Shown here: positions 29,681-39,255 of the stretch, piece by piece
Position numbering within the stretch: position 1 is the first letter of the stretch
How the letters are laid out: each line of letters begins with the position of its first letter
DNA from: an uncultured Actinomycetes bacterium
GTDB lineage: Bacteria > Actinomycetota > Thermoleophilia > UBA2241
Reading direction: 5' to 3'
DNA: 64,000 bases
Assembly (NCBI GenBank): GCA_963709345.1
Contig: CAVPVX010000004.1
Span: 160,001 to 224,000, forward strand
Notes under the pieces: model-generated
Told to the model about the DNA's origin: nothing
Databases searched by the model: none
What the model saw: only the letters and a program-made list of their open reading frames with translations
Program-made: the position numbers and the translations under genes

Positions 29681-32476
29681 ATGAGCACACCAGACCCAGC
29701 TCTCGCACCTGCGTCCCCCACGGCGTCGTCAGCGGACGCGTGGTACGCGCGGTCACCGGAGGGCGTCGCCGCGCACTTCTCCGTCGACCCGTCCGGCGGC
29801 CTCTCGGCGGCCACGGCGGCGGAGCTGCTCACGCAGCACGGCCCCAACGCTCTGCCGGCCGAGAAGCCCAAGCCCGAGTGGCGACGCTTCCTGGACGAGT
29901 ACCGCAGCTACATGCAGATCATCCTGCTGGTCGCCGCCGTCGTGTCGATCGCCATCGGGCAGTTCCACACCGGTGTCATGGTGCTGATCCTCACAGTGAT
30001 CAACGCCGTCGTCGGCCTGCGCGAAGAAGGCAAGGCCGAGAGCGCCATGAACGCGCTCAAGTCGATGATGAAGGCCACCGCGCGGGTGCGTCGCGACGGC
30101 GCGGAGGCACAGATCGCGGCCGAGGGGGTGGTCGCCGGCGATGTCGTGCTCATCGCCGCCGGCGACCAGGTCCCGGCCGACGGGCGCATTGTCCAGGCCA
30201 GCGCCCTGCAGATCGATGAGTCGGCGCTGACCGGCGAGAGCGTGCCCGCGTCCAAAGACGCGGGCACGCTCTCCGGCATGGGTCTGGGCCCGGGCGATCA
30301 GTCCAACATGGCCTTCATGAACACGCCCGTCACGCACGGCAGCGGCGTGGTGATCGTCACCGGCACCGGCGCGGACACCGAGGTCGGCAAGATCGCCGGG
30401 ATGCTCTCCGCGACCAAGGCCGAGGAGACGCCGCTCACGCAGCAGCTCGACCGCATGACCCTCTGGATCGGCGCCGCGGCGGGCCTGACGATGATCGCGA
30501 TGTTCGTCCTCGGCCTGTCGCGCGGCCAGGCGTGGGACGCGCTGTTCGTGACCGCCATCGCTCTGGCGATCGCGGCCATCCCCGAGGCGCTGCCGACCGT
30601 CTCCCAGGTCATCCTCTCCATGGGCGCCATGGATCTGGCCAAACGCAACGCCATCGTCAAGAACCTCTCCTCGGTCGAGACCCTGGGCTCCACGTCGGCG
30701 ATCAACTCCGACAAGACCGGCACGCTGACCATGAACCAGATGACGGTGGTGGAGGTGCTTGACCTCACCGATCGCTGGTCGATCACCGGCACCGGGTACG
30801 GCCTGGACGGCGAGGTCAAGCACTCGCTGGGCGCGTCACCGTCGATCGACGACGCGATCCTGCCGTTCGTCATCGCCAACGACGCCAAGCTCGAAGACGG
30901 CAAGGTGGTCGGCGATCCCACCGAGGGTGCGATGCTGGTGCTCGCGCACAAGGCCGGGCTGCACGTCGACGGCACGAGGGAGAAGTTCCCGCGCCTGGCG
31001 ACGCTGCCCTTCGACCCCACGTACAAGCTCATGGCGACCTTCAACACGGCCACCGACGCGACCGGGAAGCAGGTGGTGCGCTGCTTCGTCAAAGGCGCCG
31101 CCCCGGCCGTAGGGAGCCGCTCGACCAAGGTGATGTCCGGCGGCACGAGCGTCGCCGTGGACGACGACTTGAGGGAGAAGGCCGCCGGCGCCTCCCGGCG
31201 GCTGGGGGAGCAGGGCCTCCGGGTCATGGCGGCGGCGTACCGCGACCTGGACGCCGCCACCTTCGACCCCGGCGGTGACCTGCTGGCTTACGTCGCCGAC
31301 CTGCACCTGACGAGCATAGTCGGCATGATCGACCCGCCGCGGGCCGAGTCGGCGGCGGCGGTGAAACAGGCGCAGGAGGCGCACATCCGGGTGCGCATGG
31401 TGACCGGCGACGACGTCGTCACCGGCGCCGCCGTGGCCAGACAGGTGGGAATCCCCGGCGAGGCCATCCTGGGCGCCGACTTCGCGGCGCTCGGCGAGGA
31501 CGAGCAGCTGAAGCGGATCGACGACATCGGCGTCGTCGGCCGCGTGGCGCCTGAGCACAAGGTGCTGCTTGTGGAGACGCTCAAGAAGAGGGGCGACGTG
31601 GTGGCGATGACCGGCGACGGCGTCAACGACGCGCCTGCGATCAAGGCCGCCGACATCGGCATCGCCATGGGCACCGGCACCGAGGTGGCCAAGAACGCCG
31701 GCCGCATGATCCTGCAGGACGACGACTTCGCCACGATCGTGTACGCCGTGGAACAGGGCCGCAAGCTGTTCGACAACCTCAACAAGTACATCGCCTTCGT
31801 GCTGATCACGCTGGCCGCCTTCGTGCTCACCTTCCTCGGGGCGACGATCTTCAACATCCTCGCCGGCGAGCCGTTCACGGCCACGCAGATCCTGTGGATC
31901 AACTTCCTTGTCGACGCGCCGCTCGGTGTGGCGCTCGGCTTCGACCTGGAGACCCCCGGGCTCATGCGCAGGACACCGCGTCCGCGCAACGCTTCCATCC
32001 TCACCCGGAGCATGCTCACCACGGTGGGTCTCGTGGGCGTCTTCATGGCCGTCTGTCTGCTCGCCCTGCTGCAGTACGGCAATGCCCACTACGGCAGCGC
32101 GGTCGTCGCCTCCACCATGGCCATGACCGCCTTCGCGGCGTGCCGCGTCGTCGGAGGCTTCGAGAGTCGCAGCCCGACCGGGAGCATCGTGATGGCCGCC
32201 ACCTTCAACAGCCGCCAGATGAACTGGATCGCCTTGTTCGAGGTGGTCCTGCTGATCCTCGTGGTCGGCTTCGACCTGCTCAACCGGTGGCTCGGGACCA
32301 CCTCGTTGACGTGGACGCAGTGGGGCCTCGCGCTCGCGCCGGCGGGCGGGCTCTTCGTGCTGTGGGAGATCGGCAAGGCGATCGCGCGCGGCTCGCAGCA
32401 CGGCCCGGCGGCTGCGGCAGTCGTGCCGGTCGCGTCCCAGGCGGACCAGGAGGAGGAGGCGCCGGCGGCGCAGTGA
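29681..32476 (+). CDS. Cation-transporting P-type ATPase (type IIA, Ca2+-like)
   Basis: TGES, PEAL, DKTGTLT, KGA, TGDGVNDAP. Confidence 0.95.
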   Translation: MSTPDPALAPASPTASSADAWYARSPEGVAAHFSVDPSGGLSAATAAELLTQHGPNALPAEKPKPEWRRFLDEYRSYMQIILLVAAVVSIAIGQFHTGVMVLILTVINAVVGLREEGKAESAMNALKSMMKATARVRRDGAEAQIAAEGVVAGDVVLIAAGDQVPADGRIVQASALQIDESALTGESVPASKDAGTLSGMGLGPGDQSNMAFMNTPVTHGSGVVIVTGTGADTEVGKIAGMLSATKAEETPLTQQLDRMTLWIGAAAGLTMIAMFVLGLSRGQAWDALFVTAIALAIAAIPEALPTVSQVILSMGAMDLAKRNAIVKNLSSVETLGSTSAINSDKTGTLTMNQMTVVEVLDLTDRWSITGTGYGLDGEVKHSLGASPSIDDAILPFVIANDAKLEDGKVVGDPTEGAMLVLAHKAGLHVDGTREKFPRLATLPFDPTYKLMATFNTATDATGKQVVRCFVKGAAPAVGSRSTKVMSGGTSVAVDDDLREKAAGASRRLGEQGLRVMAAAYRDLDAATFDPGGDLLAYVADLHLTSIVGMIDPPRAESAAAVKQAQEAHIRVRMVTGDDVVTGAAVARQVGIPGEAILGADFAALGEDEQLKRIDDIGVVGRVAPEHKVLLVETLKKRGDVVAMTGDGVNDAPAIKAADIGIAMGTGTEVAKNAGRMILQDDDFATIVYAVEQGRKLFDNLNKYIAFVLITLAAFVLTFLGATIFNILAGEPFTATQILWINFLVDAPLGVALGFDLETPGLMRRTPRPRNASILTRSMLTTVGLVGVFMAVCLLALLQYGNAHYGSAVVASTMAMTAFAACRVVGGFESRSPTGSIVMAATFNSRQMNWIALFEVVLLILVVGFDLLNRWLGTTSLTWTQWGLALAPAGGLFVLWEIGKAIARGSQHGPAAAAVVPVASQADQEEEAPAAQ

Positions 32477-32635
32477 GCGCCCACAGCACCTGCATCCCGA
32501 ACCCGGGCAGGTGGTCGCACGTGTGGCGCCGCTTGCCGAGACACTCGAATCCGGGTTTGTCGAGAATGCTCGTCATGCCGTCCTGCCCTTCGATCTCAGG
32601 CGCTGGGCCTGCTCCATGCACGCGCCGGCTCCGCG

Positions 32636-32770
32636 TCGAGCTCGGTGGAGCGGTCGACCAGCCCCCAGCGCACCTTCCCACCGTCCCCGCGTCGTTCAGT
32701 CGCCGAGATCGCGGAGGTTCGCCGCCGAGGCGATGGCGGGGCCGTTTCCCGACTCGCCTGCCGGGGTCAT
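32636..32770 (-). pseudogene. Tyrosine-phosphatase N-terminal remnant
   Basis: 'IASAANLRDLGD*TTR / DGGKVRWGLVDRSTEL' resembles the start of 12713-13534; it has a premature stop, a frameshift and is truncated. Confidence 0.65.
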
Positions 32771-34399
32771 GCCCCCTGCCGCTTCAGCTCCGCCCGCATC
32801 TCCGGACTCAACGGCACCACGAGCTCCGCGTTGTACGAACACGTGGGCTCGAGGCCCAGCGGGTTCTTGAAGATCTGCTGGGCCGCGACGGCATACGTGC
32901 GTGAGGTCGCGGCCGGCGAGCCGTCTTCCATCGTCGGGTCGACGTCGGTGGCGAGGATCGAGACGGTGTCGTCGCCGCCCCGCACGATCTCGAAGGTGCG
33001 GAGCTGCTGCGGGAAGTCCCGCAGCGACGCGGTCTCGATCTCCCAGAAGCCGAGTTCGGGCCGGTCGGCGTCCGGTGACGCGAAGGCCTTGACCGGGTTG
33101 CGGTGCCGATGCCCGGCGATCCAGGCGATGAGGTTCGGATACGTGTGGAGCTTGGCGATGAGATCCTCCACGGAGACGCAGGCGGCGGAGCCCCACGCCA
33201 TCGGAGACCCTGCCTCCTCGACGGCGATCGGGATGTGCGCGGCGATGATCATCAGCTTGGCGTCGGCCTGGCCCCTGTCGAGCTCGCGCACGAGCCAGTC
33301 CCAGCGCTCCTGGTCGAGGGAGCCGTGCCCGTAGCCGTTGTCGTAGGGCTCGTCGTCCCGCTGCGTGTCGTCGAGCACGAGGATCCTGACCGGCACGTCC
33401 GCCTTCGGCTCGAAGGTGTAGCAGGCGAAGCCCCGCTCCACGTCGGCCTCGCCGAACCCGTGTCCCTGCGGGCGCGACGAGGTGTCGAAGAACTCGCCGC
33501 ATCCACTCGCTCTTCGAGAGAGACCGGCGGTCGGGGTCGGCGGCGAGCACCTTCGGAGGGGTCGCGAAGTCCGCGACGGGCCCGAGACCGAAGATGTCCC
33601 CATGGGGCGTGCGCCCGTCGAGGCAGCCCATGTAGAAGCCGCGGCTGTCCGGGCCGCGCGGGTCCTGGAAGACGTTGCCGAGGTCGAGGATCTCCTCGCC
33701 GACGTAGGTCTTGCGCAGGTAGTCGTCGACGCGCAGGAACCCCGTCCAGAAGTGGTCGTGGTTGCCGCGCGCCTGGTACCAGGGGATGGACGCGTCGAGC
33801 CCCGCCGCCTCGTAGGCGTCGAGAAACGCGGCCCGGGCTGCGGGCGCCGCGCCGGTCTTGGCGCCGGAATCCGGGTCGATGCGCTTGCCGTCGAGGACGT
33901 CGATGTACCAGCGCAGCTCGTTGTGCTGCGTGTTGTTGCACGTGTCGCCCAGGGAGATGCCGAAGTCGATCGGGTCCTCCTTGTGCAGCGCGTTGACGGT
34001 GCGCACGGCCGCGTCGAGGACGTGGTGCGTGTACATCATGACGCCCGAGTAGGCCGACGAGAGAAAGCCCTTGTAGCCGAAGAAGATCGCCTGGGCCGGG
34101 GACTGCACGTCGGTGATGTGGATGTCGGTGATGGCGAAGAAGCGCAGGAGCCTGGCGCCGCCGGTGGCGGCGGCGCCGGCCGAGCCGCCGCCGTGGTCGG
34201 CCGGCATGAGGTCGAGCCGCCGCTGGCGCGCGAGGCCTGGCCCGTAGCTCCAGCGCCCGTAGCCGTTCCGCTCGTATTTGGCCAGCTCGTAGGGAAGGAC
34301 CTTCTCCGCATCGGCGGGGATCGGGTCGGGGACGATCGTCCTCTCGAGGGTCGTGACGACCTTCTCGGTCACCGGATGCTTCTCGTGTGTCGGTTCCAT
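32767..34399 (-). CDS. Metallophosphoesterase (TIGR03768-like), frameshift near 33500
   Basis: TDIH, LGD, GNHD in one frame; AAHIP, AGHRH, ETASLRDFPQQ in the other. Confidence 0.85.
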
Positions 34400-34534
34400 C
34401 AGACCCCTCTCCGCTCTTCGCCGGAAGGGCGCGGCTTCGCTGCCGCGCTCACCAGACTATCGGCATCCGCGCCGGCTTTCGCCAGTTTTCCGGCGATGAT
34501 GGGAGCGGGCGGAAAGGCGTGGCCGAGCGCTGAG

Positions 34535-34575
34535 CGGACGAGGCCGGACGGTCCGGACCGTCCCGGCCTCGTCCG
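34535..34575 (-). terminator. Long GC hairpin after the AraC gene
   Basis: CGGACGAGGCCGG pairs with CCGGCCTCGTCCG. Confidence 0.5.
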
Positions 34576-34582
34576 ACCGGTC

Positions 34583-35566
34583 CTACAGCGGCTTGACGGG
34601 CACGCAGATGCTCACGTCGCACTTGTGCTCCGGGTGCTCGTTCGCGTCGTTGTGGTACTGCTCGTAGCAGACGCCGTCGGTGGGCTGGTAGCCGCTCTCG
34701 GGCAGCCAGCCGCTGAAGACGGCGTCCCAGGCGTCGCCGTACTGCTCGACGTCCAGCTCGAACCGGGCGAAGGCGTAGGCGCCGCCGGCGATGGCCATCT
34801 TGCCGATCTCCCCGTCCACCGGCGTGTCGTCCGGGATGCTGACGCCGACGCTGATCCGGAGCTTGCCGGCGTCGGTCACACCGGGATCGTCGTGGTAGAC
34901 GGTGACCATCTTCGTCTCCGGTCCCAGCAGCCCGCGCGGTCCTGCCCACTGCATGAGCCTGCCGAAGAGCCTGCCGAAGAGCTCCCCGTCGCCCTGGTAC
35001 GGACCGGTGTGGCGAACGTACGCCACGGTGAACGCCGGCTCCTCCCGGACTTCGATCTGCGCCTCAAGCCTGCCTTGCTCAGTCATAGTGACCCTCCACG
35101 TCCGTCGATGGCGTGCGCCGTCAACGTAGCCCGGTGAGACCTCCCAGGCTTTCCGCATCTTGCGGAGCGCTTGATGATCCTTGCGGTCTTGTCCGTTCGC
35201 AGCGCTCTCGGCGGTTGTCCGGGTCGCCTTCGACCGCCGCCACTGGCTGGCGCTCATGCCGAAGGCGTCTCTGAAGGCGCGGGCGAAGGGGGCCGACCCC
35301 GAGAACCCGCACTCCAGGGCGACCGTCGTGATCGGCTTCCCGGGATCGGCGACGAGCTGGAGGGCGGCGCGCTCCACGCGGAGCCGGCGGATGTACTGTC
35401 CGACCGTCTCGCCGACCATGGCCCCGAAGATGCGGTGGAAGTAGAAAGAGGAGAAGCCGGCGACCCCGGCGAGCTCCGGAAGCGTGAGGGGGCCGCCGAG
35501 GTTGTCGTCGATGTGGTCCATCACGCGGTTGACGCGGGCAACGTACTCTTTGCGAGGCGCTTCCAT
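34583..35566 (-). CDS. AraC-family regulator with GyrI-like effector domain
   Basis: N-terminal HTH (FSSFYFHRIF, CGFSGSAPFARAF) and C-terminal VAYVRHTGPY...WLPESGYQP. Confidence 0.92.
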   Translation of the reverse strand: MEAPRKEYVARVNRVMDHIDDNLGGPLTLPELAGVAGFSSFYFHRIFGAMVGETVGQYIRRLRVERAALQLVADPGKPITTVALECGFSGSAPFARAFRDAFGMSASQWRRSKATRTTAESAANGQDRKDHQALRKMRKAWEVSPGYVDGARHRRTWRVTMTEQGRLEAQIEVREEPAFTVAYVRHTGPYQGDGELFGRLFGRLMQWAGPRGLLGPETKMVTVYHDDPGVTDAGKLRISVGVSIPDDTPVDGEIGKMAIAGGAYAFARFELDVEQYGDAWDAVFSGWLPESGYQPTDGVCYEQYHNDANEHPEHKCDVSICVPVKPL

Positions 35567-35746
35567 CGAGTGACCGGCTCCCGATCGCGTGGGCAGTGCG
35601 GGGAGTCTACGGGATGAGAGGCCGAGGCATGCGTGAGGCGACTCCCGGGGCGTCGGCCGGGTTGCCCCCGTCGTCCTCCGTGGCTACCCTGTGCATCCCG
35701 GCCCGGCGAGAGCCGCCGCCTCCCACGGACGACGAGGCCGAGCGAC

Positions 35747-36457
35747 ATGGACGCCATCATCCGCACCACCGACTTCTTCCTCCACATCGACGTGCATCTG
35801 AGCGCGCTCGTGGCGCACTTCGGAGAGTGGGTGTACGCGATCCTCTTCGCCATCGTCTTCTGCGAGACGGGCCTCGTGGTCACCCCGTTCCTGCCCGGCG
35901 ACTCCTTGCTCTTCGCCGCCGGAACGCTGGCCGGAGCCGGCGTTCTCGACCCGCTGGTCCTCGGAGTGGTGCTTCTGGCGGCGGCCATCATGGGCGACGC
36001 GGTCAACTACCTCATCGGCCGGTTCTTCGGTCGCCGGCTGCTGAGCAAGCCGAGGCGCTTCGTGCGGCCCGAGCACATCGCGCGCACCGAGGCCTTCTAC
36101 GAGCGTCACGGCGGCAAGACGATCATCCTCGCGCGCTTCGTGCCGTTCGCGCGCACGTTCGCGCCCTTCGTGGCGGGCGTCGTCCACATGAACCTCGCGC
36201 GCTTCCTGCTCTTCAACGTGAGCGGCGCCGCCTTGTGGGTCGGCCTCTTCGTCGGCGGCGGCGTGTGGTTCGGCAACATCCCGTGGGTGAAGGACAACCT
36301 CACGCTGGTCCTCATCGCCGTCGTGCTGGTCTCCGTTGGCCCGGGCCTGGTGAGCGTCGCCCGCCGCCGCCTGCGTGGCGGCGGGCGCAGCGACGCCGCA
36401 GCTGTTCCGGCGAGCACCTCCGACGCGGAGCCAGCCGGTGAGCGGCCGCAGGTGTGA
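35747..36457 (+). CDS. DedA family membrane protein
   Basis: FCETGLVVTPFLPGDSLLF, ARFVPFARTFAP. Confidence 0.93.
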   Translation: MDAIIRTTDFFLHIDVHLSALVAHFGEWVYAILFAIVFCETGLVVTPFLPGDSLLFAAGTLAGAGVLDPLVLGVVLLAAAIMGDAVNYLIGRFFGRRLLSKPRRFVRPEHIARTEAFYERHGGKTIILARFVPFARTFAPFVAGVVHMNLARFLLFNVSGAALWVGLFVGGGVWFGNIPWVKDNLTLVLIAVVLVSVGPGLVSVARRRLRGGGRSDAAAVPASTSDAEPAGERPQV

Positions 36458-36654
36458 GCGCCGGCGCCCGATGGTACCATCTCGAGCAGTGATGAACGAC
36501 GAGCACCGCGATGTCGCGTTCGCAGCCCGCCAGGCGCCCTTCGCCTCCGAGTGAGCGTGGCACGCATGTCCCAGGACTCCCACTTACCCAGCGACGATCC
36601 CGACTCTCCGGATGGCCGGCTGCGTCGAGCTGAGGTCGGAGAAGGCCGGCGACG

Positions 36655-37773
36655 ATGATAGCTCTGGTCGTCGTCGGCGTCCTCGTGCTCGTCAATGCCC
36701 TGTACGTGGCGGCTGAATTCTCCGCGGTCGGGGCGAGGCGCAACCTCGTGCGCCTCCTCGCCCAGGACGGCGACCGCCGCGCCGGCTGGGTGCTGCCCGT
36801 CATCGAAGACGTCGCGGGGCTCGATCGGTACGTCGCCGCCTGCCAGATCGGCATCACCTTCTCCAGCCTGATCCTGGGTGCGTTCGGTCAAGCCACGCTC
36901 GCACGCGATCTGGCGCCGCTCTTCACCGGTCTCGGGTGGCTCGGCGAGACGGCGGCGCAGAGCACCGCCGCCGCCGTCGTGCTCATCGCACTCACGTCGC
37001 TGCAGGTGATCCTGGGCGAACTGCTGCCCAAGTCGCTCGCGCTGCAGTTCCCCACTCGCACCCTGCTCCTGACCGTGCCCCCGATGCGTGTCTCCCTGCG
37101 TCTCTTCGCCGGCTTCATCTGGCTGCTCAACGGCAGTGGCCTGCTGTTCCTGAGGCTCTTCCGCGCGCCGCGTGTGGCGCACCGGCATATCCACTCGCCC
37201 GAGGAGATAGACCTGCTCATCGTCGAGAGCCGCGACGGCGGTCTGCTCGAGCCCGACGAGCAGCGGCGCCTGCACCAGGCGCTGCGCCTCAGCATGTACC
37301 CCGTGAGCCGCGTGATGGTCCCGAGAGACGAGGTCGTCGCCGTCGATCTCGCGAGCCCGTTCGCCGACGTCGTCGACGTGATCGTCGAGAGCCCCTACAC
37401 ACGCCTCCCGGTGTACAGTGGCGCCGGGCGCAGGGTCGTCGGCATGCTGCAGACCAAGGACGTGGCTTTCGCCGCCACCACACTGGGCGCCGACGCCCGG
37501 CTCGAGGATGTCATGCGCTCGGCCGTGACGGTGTCCGCGTCCACCCGGGCCGACGACCTTCTGACCGTGCTGCGGGAGCGACGAAGCCAGCAGGCGGTCG
37601 TCGTCGACGAGCATGGGGCGCTCGCCGGGCTCGTCACCCTCGAGGACGTTCTCGAAGAGGTGTTCGGCGAGGTCGGGGACGAGTTCAAGGGGGACGAAGC
37701 GCAGGTCGCCGCAGCACGCAGGCGCGTCCGTCTCCCCGCCCCTCGCCTGCGCCACCGAAAGAAGCTGCCGTGA
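36655..37773 (+). CDS. Hemolysin-family (CNNM + CBS) protein lacking the CorC C-terminal domain
   Basis: VAAEFS, QIGIT, GELLPKS, TRLPVY, VTLEDVLEEVFGEV. Confidence 0.9.
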   Translation: MIALVVVGVLVLVNALYVAAEFSAVGARRNLVRLLAQDGDRRAGWVLPVIEDVAGLDRYVAACQIGITFSSLILGAFGQATLARDLAPLFTGLGWLGETAAQSTAAAVVLIALTSLQVILGELLPKSLALQFPTRTLLLTVPPMRVSLRLFAGFIWLLNGSGLLFLRLFRAPRVAHRHIHSPEEIDLLIVESRDGGLLEPDEQRRLHQALRLSMYPVSRVMVPRDEVVAVDLASPFADVVDVIVESPYTRLPVYSGAGRRVVGMLQTKDVAFAATTLGADARLEDVMRSAVTVSASTRADDLLTVLRERRSQQAVVVDEHGALAGLVTLEDVLEEVFGEVGDEFKGDEAQVAAARRRVRLPAPRLRHRKKLP

Positions 37774-39110
37774 GCGTGGCGTTGCCCATCCTCATCATCG
37801 CGGGCCTGATCTTGCTGAACGCGCTGTTCGTGGCCGCGGAGTTCGCCTTCGTCGGCGCACCGCGCACGGCCATCGAGCAGCGTGCCGCGGCCGGTGACCG
37901 GCGTGCGCTCCGCGTGCGCTCGATCCTGCGCGACCCGCGGAGCCAAGACCGCTACCTCGCTACCGCTCAGCTCGGCATCACCGTCGCCAGTCTCGGTCTC
38001 GGCATGTACGGCGAGCACGAGGTCGCGGGGCTCATCGCCGGGCCGCTCGAGGCGATGGGCGTCGACCGCCTGATCGCGGTGCACGCCGTCGCAAGCGTGA
38101 TCGCCGTCATCCTGCTCACCTATCTGCACATCGTCCTCGGCGAGATGGTGCCCAAGTCACTGGCGCTTCAGGGAGCCGAGCGCGCCGCGCTCGCTCTGGC
38201 GCCGGTGATGGCCGGCGTGCGCATCGCGCTGTATCCGCTGGTCGTCGCGCTCAACGGCATCGGGAACGGCATCCTGCGGCTCATGGGTGTCGTCCGCCAG
38301 CGCGGCAGCGTGGAGCAGTACCACACGGCCGAGGAGCTTCGCTACATCGTGCGCGACAGCTTGGAGGGAGGGATGCTGGGGAGTGAGAGCGGGCGCGTGT
38401 TCCAGGAACTCCTGGAGTTCGGCGACCTGACGGCGGGCGAGGTTCTCGTGCCGAGGGTGCGCATCGAGGGCATCCCCCTGCACGCCACCGGTGACGAGCT
38501 GGCCGAGTTGCTCAGGACCTCGCCTCACACCCGGTATCCGGTGTACAAGGACGACCTCGACGACATCGTCGGCATCCTTCACGTGAAGGATGTGCTGAGG
38601 CTCGTGCTCAGCGGCGAACCCGTCTCCGAGACCGACGTGCGCGGCATCCCCTATCTTCCCGAGACGGCGGGCCTCGACGTGGTGCTCGCGGCGATGCGCC
38701 GGGAGAGCACCCAGCTCGCCATCGTGCTCGACGAGCACGGAGGGACCGCGGGCCTGCTGACGATCGAGGACCTCTTCGAGGAGGTCGTCGGTGAGATCGA
38801 GGAGGAGACGGAGGCCCCCCAGAGTCGGGTCGACGCCGAAGGGCGCCTGTACGTTGCCGGCACGGTCCGCGTCGAGGAGGTGGGCGAGCACTTCGACCGC
38901 GTTCTCGAGCACGAGGAGGTCGACACGGTGAGCGGCCTCGTGCTCGCGCTGCTTGAGCGGCCGCCGGACATGGGCGACAGAGTCACCTACAGCGGCATGG
39001 CCTTCGAAGTCGTCGCCGTCGAAGGCTACGGCGTTGCGGAGTGCCTGGTCACGCCGCTCGACGACGACGGCACGGACGAGCCTCAGGCAGACGAGTCCAG
39101 ACGGGCCTGA
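37770..39110 (+). CDS. Hemolysin-family (CNNM + CBS + CorC) protein
   Basis: VAAEFA, GEMVPKS, TRYPVY, TIEDLFEEVVGEI, DTVSG. Confidence 0.92.
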   Translation: MSVALPILIIAGLILLNALFVAAEFAFVGAPRTAIEQRAAAGDRRALRVRSILRDPRSQDRYLATAQLGITVASLGLGMYGEHEVAGLIAGPLEAMGVDRLIAVHAVASVIAVILLTYLHIVLGEMVPKSLALQGAERAALALAPVMAGVRIALYPLVVALNGIGNGILRLMGVVRQRGSVEQYHTAEELRYIVRDSLEGGMLGSESGRVFQELLEFGDLTAGEVLVPRVRIEGIPLHATGDELAELLRTSPHTRYPVYKDDLDDIVGILHVKDVLRLVLSGEPVSETDVRGIPYLPETAGLDVVLAAMRRESTQLAIVLDEHGGTAGLLTIEDLFEEVVGEIEEETEAPQSRVDAEGRLYVAGTVRVEEVGEHFDRVLEHEEVDTVSGLVLALLERPPDMGDRVTYSGMAFEVVAVEGYGVAECLVTPLDDDGTDEPQADESRRA

Positions 39111-39255
39111 GCGTCACGTGTCGTGCGCGCGCGGGTAGCGGCCATCCGCCGCCCGCGGGCCCATCACGCGTCCAGCGCCACGGCTGTCAGAGGGCTTGTA
39201 CAATGCCCCCTGAGGCGGTCCCGCCTCAGGGGGGGTCGACGGCGAAGGGCGATCG

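Noticed and set aside
32696-32698. In-frame TGA in the phosphatase remnant as possible selenocysteine
   Set aside because: It aligns to an aromatic residue rather than Cys, and is followed by a frameshift and truncation.
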